Positions 21,420 through 32,067 are shown, counted from the first letter of the stretch. The stretch: DNA of 64,000 nt from an uncultured delta proteobacterium (GCA_963794325.1 CAWCDG010000003.1:192001-256000); one strand, 5' to 3'. Program-made: numbers and translations. Notes: a model not told the origin generated them from the sequence alone.

Positions 21420-24181
21420 ATGACGACCAACAGTTTTGGTGCTCGTTCGACGCTTACCGTCGATGGCAAGAGCTACACGATCTACAAGATCGACGCGCTC
21501 GAAAAGCATGGGTTCTCGCTGGCGCGGATGCCGTATTCGATCAAGGTGATGATCGAGAATGTGTTGCGGCGCGAGGACGGAGTGATCGTGACGAAGGGTC
21601 AGATCGAAGCGCTGGCGCGATGGAACGGCAAGGGCGGCGAGCGTGAAGTCTCGTTCATGCCGGCGCGCGTGCTGCTGCAGGATTTCACCGGAGTGCCGGT
21701 GGTCGCGGATCTCGCCGTGATGCGCGACGCGATCAAGAAGCTCGGCGGCAATCCCGATAAGATAAGTCCCCTGCAGCCGGTCGATCTGGTGATCGATCAC
21801 TCGGTGCAGGTCGATTCTTTCGGCACCCGCAACGCGTTCGCGGCGAATGCGCAATTGGAGTTCGATCGCAATCAGGAGCGCTATCTGTTCCTGCGATGGG
21901 GGCAGGGCGCCTTCGACAATTTCCGCGTCGTGCCTCCCGACACCGGAATCGTTCACCAGGTGAATCTCGAATATCTCGCGCCGGTGGTGTTCGCGTCGGA
22001 AAAAGGCGAGGCGTACCCCGACACGGTTATCGGCACCGATTCGCATACGACGATGATCAACGGGCTCGGCGTCGTGGGATGGGGTGTCGGCGGAATCGAG
22101 GCCGAAGCTGCGATGCTCGGGCGCTCGATGCCGATGCTGATTCCCGAGGTGATCGGATTTCGTCTGGCGGGCAGCCTGCGTCCCGGCGCGACCGCGACCG
22201 ACCTGGTGCTGACCGTCACCCAGATGCTGCGCAAGAAGGGCGTCGTCGGCAAGTTCGTCGAGTATTTCGGGCCGGGACTCGCGTCGTTGCCGGTCGCGGA
22301 TCGCGCGACGCTCGGCAATATGTCGCCCGAGTACGGCGCGACGATGGGATATTTTCCGGTCGACGAACAGACCCTCACTTACCTGCGGCTGACGGGACGC
22401 AGCGACAGCCAGATCAAATTGATCGAGGCGTACTGCAAGGCGCAGGGCCTGTTCAATTCGCCCGACGCGCCCGAGCCAAAATTTTCCGACACGCTCGAAC
22501 TCGATCTCGGCACCGTCGTTCCGAGCATGGCGGGCCCGCGCCGTCCGCAGGATCGAGTCGCGCTGACAGCGGCCAAGGGTGATTTCCGCCGCGAGCTCGG
22601 CAAGGAATTTGAGGAGCATCCGGGTGTCGATCGCGAAGAGCTGGCGAAGTGGGTCGCTGAAGGCGGCAACGGCGCGATGGCAGACGAAGGGACAATCCTT
22701 CATTCGAAGCTCGGTCATATCGCGCGCAAGGTCGAAGTGCATTCCGAGATGGGGAACTTTCCCTTGACGCACGGCGCGATCGTGATCGCGGCTATCACCA
22801 GCTGCACCAACACCTCGAATCCGTCGGTGATGCTCGCGGCAGGGATTCTCGCGAAGAAAGCGGTCGCGCGCGGCCTGACCGTCAAGCCGTGGGTCAAGAC
22901 CAGCCTCGCGCCGGGATCGAAGGTCGTCACGCAGTACCTCAAACGCGCGGGATTGACCGAGTCGCTCGAGAAATTGCGCTTCAACCTGGTCGGTTACGGA
23001 TGCACGACGTGTATCGGCAACAGCGGGCCGGTTGACGAGGCGATCGCGGGCGCGATCAAGCAGGGCAACCTGGTCGCGTGCGCGATTCTGAGCGGCAATC
23101 GCAATTTCGAGGGGCGCATCAATCCGGCGGTGCGCTTCAACTACCTCGCGTCGCCGCCGCTGGTGGTCGCATACGCGATTGCCGGCACGATGGATATCGA
23201 CGTCGAGCATCAACCGCTCGGCACCGGTTCCGACGGGCGTCCGGTTTTTCTGCGCGACATCTGGCCGTCGCAGGAGGAAGTCGCGTCGGCGGTGACCGGC
23301 TCGGTGCACGCCGAGATGTTCAAGAGCGAGTACGGGCAGGTGTTCGAAGGCGACGAGCGATGGAAGAGCCTCAAGGTTCCTGAGGGCAATCTGTTCCGCT
23401 GGGCCGAGGATTCGCTGTACGTCAAGGCGCCGCCGTTTTTTGAGGGCGTGACTGCCAAGGTGGGAGAGTTCACGGACATCAACGGCGCGCGCGCGCTGGC
23501 GGTGCTCGGCGACAGCGTGACGACCGATCACATTTCGCCGGCGGGCTCGATCGCGCCGGACAGTCCTGCCGGCAAATATCTGATCGAGCATGGCGTACAG
23601 CCCAAGGATTTCAATTCGTACGGCGCGCGGCGCGGGAATCATGAAGTGATGATGCGCGGGACGCTCGCGAATATCCGGCTAAAGAACCTGATGGTGCCGG
23701 GCGTCGAAGGCGGCTTCACTGCCCATCAGCCGGACGGCGATAAGATGACGATCTTCGACGCGTCGGAGCGCTATCGCAAGGAAGGCGTTCCGCTAATCGT
23801 GATCGCGGGTAAGGAATACGGCACCGGCTCGTCGCGCGATTGGGCCGCCAAAGGCGTGCAACTGCTCGGCGTGCGCGCGGTGATCGCGGAGAATTTCGAA
23901 CGAATCCATCGCAGCAACTTGATTGGGATGGGCGTGCTCGCGCTCGAGTTCAAGCCCGGCGAGAATCGGAAGAACTTGGGCTTACCGGCAAGGAAGTGTT
24001 TTCGATCACCGGATTGAAACTGGGAATCAAGCCGCGGCAGACGTTGAAGGTGCGCGGGGAGTTGGCTGGCAAGACGACCGAGTTCGAGGTGACGATGCGC
24101 GCGGATACGCCGGAGGAAGTCGAGTACGTCCGGCACGGCGGCATCCTGCCGTTCGTTCTGCGCGAACTGATTCGCGCGTGA
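21420..24181 (+). CDS. acnA: Aconitate hydratase A, one frameshift near 23982 (probable sequencing error)
   Basis: RVLLQDFTGVP, GTDSHT, AAITSCTNTSNP, GYGCTTCIGNSG, GSSRDWAAKG; C-terminus LTGKEVF...YVRHGGILPFVLR continues in another frame (ORF 23840-24181). Confidence 0.93.
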
Positions 24182-24190
24182 GCTCTGGTT

Positions 24191-24382
24191 CCCTCCCCGA
24201 CTGGGGGGAGGGTTAGGGTGGAGGACAATTGTGCGGCGCGATTGTCTGTTGCGCCGCACATTCTGATCTCAGGCAGATTTGGTAGCCCCGCCACTCGAAC
24301 GAATTCGAAGAACCTAACCCCTAACCCCTTCCCGAGCGGGAAGGGGCCGGAGACGAAGGGAGCCTTCCCAGGGAAGGGGAAC
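24191..24382. repeat. Inverted doublet of hairpin + G-rich-tail repeats (REP/REPIN-like)
   Basis: CCCTCCCC-GACT-GGGGGGAGGG-TTAGGGTGGAGG (24191-24224) faces AACCTAACCCCTAA-CCCCTTCCCG-AG-CGGGAAGGGG (24311-24346); internal hairpin TGTGCGGCGC...GCGCCGCACA; further partial CCTTCCCAGGGAAGGGG. Confidence 0.75.
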
Positions 24383-24401
24383 AATCGCGCTTGGAGAGCT
24401 G

Positions 24402-24707
24402 CTACTGCATGTGACCGGCGGCGGCGCCGGAGAGAGTCGAGATGCTTGGGGCGCCGGCCGCGGTGTGGGGCGGCTTCAAAGCGGGGTCGTCGCTGGAGAC
24501 GCACTTGTAGAATGGCTGCACCGTCTTCAATTGCGCCTTGCAGGCTTCTTCGGACTTCAACGTCTTGAACTTGAGCCATTGGGACAACGGCGCCGCGGTG
24601 TTCATCTTGTAGTCGCCCGACGCGTCCTTGACCGGCGGCATAACTGGCGGCGGAAGCATCAGGAACCAGCTAATCAACAACAACGGGGCTGCATAGCATT
24701 TTCGCAT
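24402..24707 (-). CDS. Small secreted hypothetical protein
   Basis: Hydrophobic N-terminus, WFLMLPP...APLSQW, two Cys. Confidence 0.55.
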   Translation of the reverse strand: MRKCYAAPLLLISWFLMLPPPVMPPVKDASGDYKMNTAAPLSQWLKFKTLKSEEACKAQLKTVQPFYKCVSSDDPALKPPHTAAGAPSISTLSGAAAGHMQ

Positions 24708-24758
24708 GCCAATCAGTTACAGATTTTCTCGCCCGAATGCGATAGATGCGCGAGCATT

Positions 24759-25844
24759 TCACGCCGGCTGCGGTGCGATCGTATCGAGGCGGACCGACGC
24801 GCCGCTTTTGCGCGTCGCGTAGCGGCTTAGCAGTCGCACGACCGCAGGCGTGACTTCGTCGATCGCCTCGCGGCGGAAGCCGACGAATTCGGGACCGCGC
24901 ACCCGCATCATTCCCATCATCGAGAGCCGCAGCAGCGCCGCGACCGCCTGGCAGTAGCGGAAGCGCTCGAAGTCCATCGGCGCCATCGCATGGTAGAGCG
25001 GCATGTACAGCGCCGCGAAGCTCGCGCGAAGCCCGTTGCCGACAAGGTTGTCACGCATCCATCGCGGACGCTCCATCGCCGACGACGACAGAATCACCGC
25101 CGTCATCGCAGCGTCGAGGTGACGATCGCCAACGTCGGTATTCACCCAGTCGATCACGCCGGTCACGCGCACGCCTTGCACCATCACGTTGAGCGGATGG
25201 TAGTCCATGTGCACCAGTGAATCCGGGCTGCGGCGGAATTTGGGGGCGCGCTCGGTGACCAGATTCAGCGCCTCGCGAAGACCGGGCAGCGGGCCGGTCT
25301 CGACCCGATTGGCGATGATCGCGAGGACCCGATCGAGCAACGGCGATGCAGCGGTAGCCTCACCGATTGGCGCATATGCGCGCGGAATCTCGCGCAGGCC
25401 CGCACTGGCCGGATCGAGTTTGTGGAGTCGCGACTGGGTGCGGACGAACGAAAAAAATGCCATCGAAAAAGTCTTGAACGCATTCGGAAAGCTGCGGACC
25501 GCGAACAACTGGCCGCCCGCCAGCTTCTGCATGATGAGGAACGGTGCGCCGAGCGCGCCATGGTCACTCTCGAAAACGTACGGCCGCGGGACCGGATAAT
25601 CGGCGGCGAACAGTCGATCGATAGTGGTGTGTTCGCGAGTGCCCTTCGCGTCGGCGACGGAGCCCTGGTAGAAGCGCAAAACCATCGGCACGCCTGCGGG
25701 GATCGCCGCGAACCGTTGTGACGGCGCTTCGAGCGTGAATTCGAAGACTGTGGTTTCCCATCCGCTGGCAAGCACGCTCAAGCGCGCGACCGGCGCGCCG
25801 AGATAGGAAGATAGACGTTGTGCAATGTCGCCAAGGTCAAGCAT
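24759..25844 (-). CDS. Aminoglycoside/choline-kinase-like phosphotransferase family protein
   Basis: GWET, PVPRP, PFLIM, LVHMDYHPLNVM, GVIDW. Confidence 0.85.
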   Translation of the reverse strand: MLDLGDIAQRLSSYLGAPVARLSVLASGWETTVFEFTLEAPSQRFAAIPAGVPMVLRFYQGSVADAKGTREHTTIDRLFAADYPVPRPYVFESDHGALGAPFLIMQKLAGGQLFAVRSFPNAFKTFSMAFFSFVRTQSRLHKLDPASAGLREIPRAYAPIGEATAASPLLDRVLAIIANRVETGPLPGLREALNLVTERAPKFRRSPDSLVHMDYHPLNVMVQGVRVTGVIDWVNTDVGDRHLDAAMTAVILSSSAMERPRWMRDNLVGNGLRASFAALYMPLYHAMAPMDFERFRYCQAVAALLRLSMMGMMRVRGPEFVGFRREAIDEVTPAVVRLLSRYATRKSGASVRLDTIAPQPA

Positions 25845-25945
25845 TAGATCGATGCGCGCCGAAAATCCGCGCGAACCGCAGCGTAGTACACACGGAAATC
25901 GGGCGCAATTGAACTGACACGCGTGTCAGGTGCGGGGTGATGCGG

Positions 25946-27121
25946 CTAGTGCAGCGGATTGATGAAATGCTGCTCCGTTCCCGTGTTCGGTGGCGGCTCT
26001 GTCGACGGTTGAGACTCGGGCGCCATCTGCAATGTTTCGTTCGGGAGCGTCTGGCCGTTCTTCTGGTAATGCTCCTGCACCATCGACGAGAGCAATGGGC
26101 CGCTGCGATCGGTCAGATCGATTGAAACTTCGACCGACAGTCCCAGGCGCAACGGTTTGTCTTCCGGGCGCGGTCCGTCGATCACAATCTTGACCGGCAC
26201 GCGCTGCACGACCTTGACCCAGTTGCCGGTCGCATTCTCGGGCGGCAGCAGCGAGAACGCCGCGCCGGTGCCCATGCTGATCGAATCGACGTGCCCCTTA
26301 TACGTGTAACCTGGATAGATGTCGGCGACGATTTCCGCCTTCTGCCCGACGCGCACGTCGGTCAGCTGGGTCTCCTTGAAATTCGCGGTGAGGTACAGCT
26401 TGCCCAGCGGGACGATCGCCAGCAAAGGCTCTCCGACTTGCACGCGATTCCCGACATGGGCCGTCTTGTGAGTGACGACGCCGGTAAACGGCGCGGTGAG
26501 CCTGGTGTAGCTAAGATCGAGCTTGGCGGCTTCCAGAGCGGCTTCGGCCTGCTTGACGATTGGACGATCATAGCGCGACTGATCGTCGGTTTGGGTTCCG
26601 AGCGCGGCCTGCGCCTGGGTCAATTGATGCTGTGCCAGCGCTTCATCGGCCTGCGCGATACGCAGTCCGGTGTTGGCCTGATCGTATTGCTCGGCCGAGA
26701 CAACACCTTGCTCCTTCAACGATTTGGCGCGCTCATAATCGATGTTCGCCTGCTTGAGCTGCGACTGCACCAGCGACACGCCCGATCGCGCCGCCTGCAC
26801 TCCCGCGTATAGCTCATCGACCGATTGCCGGGCGCGCTCGAGCTGGGCCTGCGCCTGTTGGATCCTGACTTCGAAGTCGCGCGGATCGAGGGTCAATAAC
26901 AACTGCCCTTCCTTAATCGTCCAATTATCCTCGACGTAAACGTTGGTGACGGTGCCCGCGACGCGCGAGGACACCAGCGCGACGGTGCCGTCAACATAGG
27001 CGTCGTCGGTGCTGACGTGACTCTCGAGGTAGCTGTAGTAGTGATAAGCGGGAATCGCAGCGGCGGCGATTGCGATGATCACGACGGCCAAAACTACCCG
27101 GCGCACGAGCTGCGAGTTCAT
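25946..27121 (-). CDS. HlyD/EmrA family membrane fusion protein
   Basis: STDDAYV, ANFKETQL, TGAAFSLLPPENATGNWVKVVQRVPV. Confidence 0.92.
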   Translation of the reverse strand: MNSQLVRRVVLAVVIIAIAAAAIPAYHYYSYLESHVSTDDAYVDGTVALVSSRVAGTVTNVYVEDNWTIKEGQLLLTLDPRDFEVRIQQAQAQLERARQSVDELYAGVQAARSGVSLVQSQLKQANIDYERAKSLKEQGVVSAEQYDQANTGLRIAQADEALAQHQLTQAQAALGTQTDDQSRYDRPIVKQAEAALEAAKLDLSYTRLTAPFTGVVTHKTAHVGNRVQVGEPLLAIVPLGKLYLTANFKETQLTDVRVGQKAEIVADIYPGYTYKGHVDSISMGTGAAFSLLPPENATGNWVKVVQRVPVKIVIDGPRPEDKPLRLGLSVEVSIDLTDRSGPLLSSMVQEHYQKNGQTLPNETLQMAPESQPSTEPPPNTGTEQHFINPLH

Positions 27122-27287
27122 AGGATCGTTTCAGATGCGGTGAGATCGAGGTGCTTTGTCGAGTCGCTCACTTGCTTCTGAGGCTAACTATGATGATTAC
27201 AGGAAGCTGTCAAACGTAGCGAGTCGATTGAGGACTGCGGGCGGATTACCCAGCGGACGCGCGCGCTGACTCAACCCATCACGCGAG

Positions 27288-27974
27288 TCATGGCTGGCGG
27301 ATCGTCAGGTTGGGACCCTTGCTAAACGTCGGCACGACCACCAATCCGTCGAGCGTCATGTTAGCGGTGAAAGTGGTGTGGTTGTTAGGTCCAAAGAACG
27401 TAGCGTCCACTTTACCGTTGGGGGTGTCGAAGACTATCAGAGTCGGCGCGCGTGACTGGATTATGAATCCGGTATTGATGTCCTCGACCAGCGCCTGGTA
27501 TCGCACCTTGAACGGACCGCTCAGGAATATTCGGAGATCGGGGAGCGCCGCCGACGGCACCGCGGTCTGCATACCAACCTGCACTGTTACGGTGCCAAAA
27601 GGCGCCATCGTCTCCTGAAGATCCTTGATGTGATTGCCGGTAATTATCTCGGCGCTCAGCAGGTTGTTGTCGGCGCTCGTCTTGGTAACCGTCAACTGCG
27701 CTTCATTCGAAGGAGGGTTGCAGATCGAGATGCTGAGCGGGACATTTCCCTGGAACGTCCAGTACGAGCGGGCATCCGATATAGTCGCAGTGAACGGTGT
27801 CCCGGTCGTGCCAAGGATTTGGTACGACGGCAGCTTCGGACCGTTCGGAGTGTTGCCGACGCTCCCGGAAAATCCAGTCTGGTTGTTGCAGGCCGCGACG
27901 CCAACCGCGATCGCCGCACCGATTAGGCTCATCGACAGAGTTCCCACGAAATGTCGCATCTTCCGCCTCGTCAT
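27288..27974 (-). CDS. Hypothetical lipoprotein
   Basis: Basic N-terminus, hydrophobic stretch, lipobox VAA-C; beta-rich body; starts 5 nt after the upstream gene's stop. Confidence 0.6.
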   Translation of the reverse strand: MTRRKMRHFVGTLSMSLIGAAIAVGVAACNNQTGFSGSVGNTPNGPKLPSYQILGTTGTPFTATISDARSYWTFQGNVPLSISICNPPSNEAQLTVTKTSADNNLLSAEIITGNHIKDLQETMAPFGTVTVQVGMQTAVPSAALPDLRIFLSGPFKVRYQALVEDINTGFIIQSRAPTLIVFDTPNGKVDATFFGPNNHTTFTANMTLDGLVVVPTFSKGPNLTIRQP

Positions 27975-27979
27975 CACGG

Positions 27980-30274
27980 TCACGGTATCGGCACGGACAT
28001 GTTGTTGCAGAGGCCGGGGCAACCGCCGCCAGGGTTCGAACAGGTGGTCGGGCACTTTAGACTTGGCGTCGAAGTCGCGGTAGCCGTTGCGCCAGTCGGA
28101 GTCGCAGTAGGCGTGGGCGAGCCAGACGGGGTCGGTGCCGGGCCGTTGACCACCGGGGCCGGTGGAATCGTCACCGGGATGAGGCCGCCATCAGGTGACG
28201 ATGTGGGCATCGCAGTCGGCGTCACGTCTGCTAAGGGCGTCGGCAACTGAAACCGTTGCACGTCGTAAGTGTCGGCAGGGGCGCAGAACGAATAGTTGCT
28301 GCTGGCGTCAGGATTCGGCGCCTGATTTAGTACCAGGCTATTCGTCAACTGCACATCCTGCATCGACACAGGGTCCTGCTTCGACAGAATCACCGACGTG
28401 CCGAGATTGGCGTTCGCGACCGACCCCGTGATGCTGCCGTGGCCGACACAGTTGATCGGATCCGCGACAGAAAAATCTGCGTTCGCAGTGGTATTGCACA
28501 TTCCCGGGCCGGTCGGCGGCGCCGGCGCTGCAACGTCCGATAGCACCACGATGTTGTGGCCTTGATAAGGATCTGCGATGCCCTGGTAGAAATCAATCGT
28601 GCTGGCAAACAGATCAAGCGCGGAGAGCGGAACGGTAGCGGAGGTTGGAACATTCAGTGAAAAATTAATGCAGGAAAACAGTGGATTTCCCGGGCAGGTG
28701 CCGACGTTTGAGTTCGTGACCTTAATCGGCATCGGGAGCGCGCTTTCAATCTTGTTGGTTGTGGAATCCTCGGCAAAAACCTCGACCGAGGTGGTCTGCC
28801 CCGGGTTGGGCGGCGTGATCGGGATACTGCCCGTTATCAACCCGGTGTTCATCATCAGCTTGCAGACGGAGAAGGTATTGCCCTGATCGGTGCTGCATGC
28901 ACCGCCGCTTTTCTTGCCACCGCCACCCGGCTTTACGAGGACGATTTGATCGTCGTAGCCGGGCGCTGTGATCTTCATCACGTAGCTGTTCTTCGCGATT
29001 ATCGGAACGTTGGAGAATTGTGGGGGAGCCGTGAGCGTTCCCGGCAACGGGAAGGCGCCGGCGTTGTCGGTATTCGCCGTGGCGACTGTCACGCATTGTT
29101 CGGGGGTCATTGAACAGTCAGCGCCGCTGTTGCTATCCGGCGGAATCAACAATTGCAGCGTCGCGCCGACAATCGGGTTGCCGGTGCAAATATCCTTGAC
29201 CGAACCGGTTATATTCCCAAGCGTCTGATTTCCGGTGACGGTGAAGTCGAGGGCTTTAGCCTGTAGCTGGCCCGGATATACCGGCAATAACCGCTCCGCG
29301 TCGTAAGTATCTGCTCCGCCAGCTACTGCGAGGTCGTAAAGAGTTCCAAACCCGGGCGACGTGGCTCCGTTGGCCGCGGGAAGCGCGAACGTAAAACATC
29401 CTCCCGGGGAAGGAGGGCAATTCGTTTTCGTGATCGGGTTCATGATTCCGCTCTGCACCGGACTGGTGGCAATTGCCGTATTGGTCCCGATCGATTCGGC
29501 GGTCACCGACAATTTGCGGACTTTTACAGTTGTACCGGTTCCGGTGCCGGTGCCTGATTTGACGGTTATCGATCCGGTAACCGTGGCGAGCAATGGATTC
29601 CCGAGCACCGCGCCATTTGGAACCGACTGCATGGTGATCGTTGCGAGGAATGCGCCGCCCGGATTGACCGGCATCTGATTGACCATCACCGTTAGTTGCA
29701 GAACCAGAATCCCCAGGTTGTTGTTGCCCGCCGAGATCAGACCAGTGCTGCTGGTGTCCGTCACCAGGATGACGTTGCCGTTATTCAACGCGATCGGGTA
29801 ATTGATACAGCCTTCGAGGCGGCCGAACGCTTGCGGACAGTTGGGGATCAAGAAGCCGGGATTGTTCGGGTCGAGCAGAATCTCGGCCGTGCGGTAGGTA
29901 TTCTTCTTCACGTCGGAGGTGTTGAAGAGCTGGGGGATGTTCTGCGAGGCGTTGAGATCGATCTGCAACTCCGCAGTCCCGCTCTTGTTTCCAATCCCCG
30001 GGGGAGTTGGAATTTTTTGCCAGCCGCCACCACTTGGCGCCGCATTCGCTTTCGGATTGATGCGCACCGCCTGCACGTTGAGTAGAACGCTTTGGAAGGC
30101 CAGCGGATGACCTTGTGAGTCGGTCGGCGGCGAGCCCACAAATCCAACTTCGACCCGCGCATTCTTGGCGGCGTCCGCCGGAAGGGCTGTAGCCACGATC
30201 GCGCAAAACATCAGAATGAGGGGTACAGTCAGACGGCGGACAGTCCGATACACAAAAAAATCTTTCACTAACAA
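27980..30274 (-). CDS. Large secreted Cys-rich beta-sandwich protein (DUF4382-like N-terminus, carboxypeptidase-regulatory-like repeats, Pro/Thr linker)
   Basis: Signal peptide ending ADA; FQSVLLNVQAVRI...IDL; GNITGSVKD..TG.PIVGAT, GSITGSV; PTPSGSPTPTATPT linker; C-terminal CPTTC...CPGLC. Confidence 0.65.
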   Translation of the reverse strand: MLVKDFFVYRTVRRLTVPLILMFCAIVATALPADAAKNARVEVGFVGSPPTDSQGHPLAFQSVLLNVQAVRINPKANAAPSGGGWQKIPTPPGIGNKSGTAELQIDLNASQNIPQLFNTSDVKKNTYRTAEILLDPNNPGFLIPNCPQAFGRLEGCINYPIALNNGNVILVTDTSSTGLISAGNNNLGILVLQLTVMVNQMPVNPGGAFLATITMQSVPNGAVLGNPLLATVTGSITVKSGTGTGTGTTVKVRKLSVTAESIGTNTAIATSPVQSGIMNPITKTNCPPSPGGCFTFALPAANGATSPGFGTLYDLAVAGGADTYDAERLLPVYPGQLQAKALDFTVTGNQTLGNITGSVKDICTGNPIVGATLQLLIPPDSNSGADCSMTPEQCVTVATANTDNAGAFPLPGTLTAPPQFSNVPIIAKNSYVMKITAPGYDDQIVLVKPGGGGKKSGGACSTDQGNTFSVCKLMMNTGLITGSIPITPPNPGQTTSVEVFAEDSTTNKIESALPMPIKVTNSNVGTCPGNPLFSCINFSLNVPTSATVPLSALDLFASTIDFYQGIADPYQGHNIVVLSDVAAPAPPTGPGMCNTTANADFSVADPINCVGHGSITGSVANANLGTSVILSKQDPVSMQDVQLTNSLVLNQAPNPDASSNYSFCAPADTYDVQRFQLPTPLADVTPTAMPTSSPDGGLIPVTIPPAPVVNGPAPTPSGSPTPTATPTGATATATSTPSLKCPTTCSNPGGGCPGLCNNMSVPIP

Positions 30275-30417
30275 TCCATCAATGAAGAATTTGGTCAGGG
30301 TTTGGGATAACCTAATGGAGGAGCGAAGGCAAGAATACGATTGCTCGTTTGAACGTCAAATAGATCGCGGAGCTTGACTGATCGCCTTCCTAATCCGGAG
30401 AATTACTACTGCCCTCG

Positions 30418-32067
30418 ATGAAATCGTCGACTCGAAACTTCGGCCGCTGTCTGTTTACGCTTTTTTTCCTGTTCGGTTTCGCTTTTCAGGTTTCAACCGC
30501 GAACGCGAGCCTGAAAATCACCACCGGAAACCCGGGCCTCGAGCATTTTGACGCCGACGGCGGCGTCCAGCTCGACTTCGGTCTGACCGATCAGAACGGC
30601 AATCCGGTCGGCAATCTTCGCCCCGACAACGTGAAAGTTTTCGAGGACGGCAAGGAAGCCAAGATTCTGGATTTTCGCGGCGTCGGCCAGGGCCGTCCCG
30701 TCGATATCGTATTCGTGCTCGATGTCACCGAGTCGATGCAGCCATATATCGACGCAGTCAAGCAGAACGTGATCTCGTTCGCGCAGGACCTGCAATCCAA
30801 TAGCCGCGACTACCGCCTCGGCCTGGTGACCTTCGAGGACTACGTGGTCTCGGCGTACCCGGACTGTAACTGCGCCTATCGCGATTCGTTTACCTCCGAC
30901 GTCAAGCAGTTCACCGATTGGGTCGGCACCCTGCACGCCGGCGGTGGCGGCGACATCCCCGAAGATCAGCTCGACGCGCTCTCCTATGCGGCCAAGTTTC
31001 CGTTCCGCCCCGAGGCCGAGGGCATCATCATCATCGTCACCGATGCGCCGCCTCATCATGACGGCGACGGGTCGGCCGACTCCGCGCATGACCAGGCCTT
31101 CTGGGACCATCACACTAAAGGTGTGCAGGTGACGGATCTAACGGGCACCAAGGTCGCCGACCAGCTCAAGAAGAACGGGCTCACTCTGTATGCGGTGGTG
31201 CCGCCGCCCTTCATCGCGCCCGAGTACCAGGAAATCGTCGATGCGACCCACGGCCGCTCGTACAACATCATCACCGAGGAGGGCCGCTTCCCTTCGCTGG
31301 TGCGCGAAATCGGCCACTCGATCGCGACCGAGTATTCGCTGACCTATCGAACCCCGCGTCCAATCGAGGACGGCACCAATCGTAGCGTCCAACTCAAGAT
31401 TGACTACAACAGCGAGACCGGCGAAGCCGACACGGCGTACCAGGTCCGCGGCCTCGGCGGCGCGGCGATCAACGTCCCCGAAGATGAAGGCACGCCCGGC
31501 GGGAACTCGACCGGCACGGGGCTAAAGCAGTTCTCATTCAGTTGGTGGAACGGAGCTGTGCCGTTGATTGCGATCCTCGGGCTGTTCGGGTTGTCGCGAA
31601 TGAGATTCGGGCTCCCGGCCGACGAACTCAAGGCGATTGTCGCAGCGCAAGGTGCACCGTCGATTCGGATGCCGCCTGCGGCCCCGCCAGCGGCACGCAC
31701 TGCGCAACGCGCGCCCAATCGACCGATGCCTTCGCAATCACCGGCTACCGCGCCTCGCGGCGCTGGAAATACGCAAGGCGCACGCCTGGTCGCCGTCGAT
31801 CGAATCGATCCGGTACCGGCCGAATACTCGCTGATGAAGGACGAGATCTCGATCGGGCGCGGCGAGGACAACGACGTCGTCATCCCGCACGCGAGCGTGT
31901 CGCGACAGCACGCGCGCCTGATGCGCCGTGACGGCGGCTTCGAGCTGATGGATCTGAACTCGACCAACGGCAGCTACGTCGAAGACCGCCAAATCCACGG
32001 CTCCGTCTTCTTAAGCTCGGGAAGCCAGGTGCGCCTCGGCGACATCCGCTTCGTCCTGCAACTGTAG
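30418..32067 (+). CDS. Membrane-anchored VWA domain + FHA domain protein
   Basis: Signal peptide; DIVFVLDVTESM MIDAS, GGGGDIPE, VTDAPPH; TM helix; Pro-rich linker; IGRGEDNDVVI...VSRQHA...DLNSTNGSYV FHA. Confidence 0.88.
   Translation: MKSSTRNFGRCLFTLFFLFGFAFQVSTANASLKITTGNPGLEHFDADGGVQLDFGLTDQNGNPVGNLRPDNVKVFEDGKEAKILDFRGVGQGRPVDIVFVLDVTESMQPYIDAVKQNVISFAQDLQSNSRDYRLGLVTFEDYVVSAYPDCNCAYRDSFTSDVKQFTDWVGTLHAGGGGDIPEDQLDALSYAAKFPFRPEAEGIIIIVTDAPPHHDGDGSADSAHDQAFWDHHTKGVQVTDLTGTKVADQLKKNGLTLYAVVPPPFIAPEYQEIVDATHGRSYNIITEEGRFPSLVREIGHSIATEYSLTYRTPRPIEDGTNRSVQLKIDYNSETGEADTAYQVRGLGGAAINVPEDEGTPGGNSTGTGLKQFSFSWWNGAVPLIAILGLFGLSRMRFGLPADELKAIVAAQGAPSIRMPPAAPPAARTAQRAPNRPMPSQSPATAPRGAGNTQGARLVAVDRIDPVPAEYSLMKDEISIGRGEDNDVVIPHASVSRQHARLMRRDGGFELMDLNSTNGSYVEDRQIHGSVFLSSGSQVRLGDIRFVLQL

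Noticed and set aside
21318-23642. 774-aa ORF antisense to acnA (likewise 37501-38883 and 47182-48642 on the minus strand)
   Set aside because: Shadow ORFs caused by high-GC codon bias opposite well-conserved genes; no recognisable motifs
23970-24017. Programmed frameshift or true pseudogenisation of acnA
   Set aside because: One missing base at gggc(c)ttacc restores N-L-G-L-T-G-K-E-V-F; no slippery heptamer; most simply a sequencing indel
24191-24382. CRISPR array or true telomere
   Set aside because: No regularly spaced identical repeats with unique spacers and no cas genes; only about two TTAGGGG units, internal to the contig
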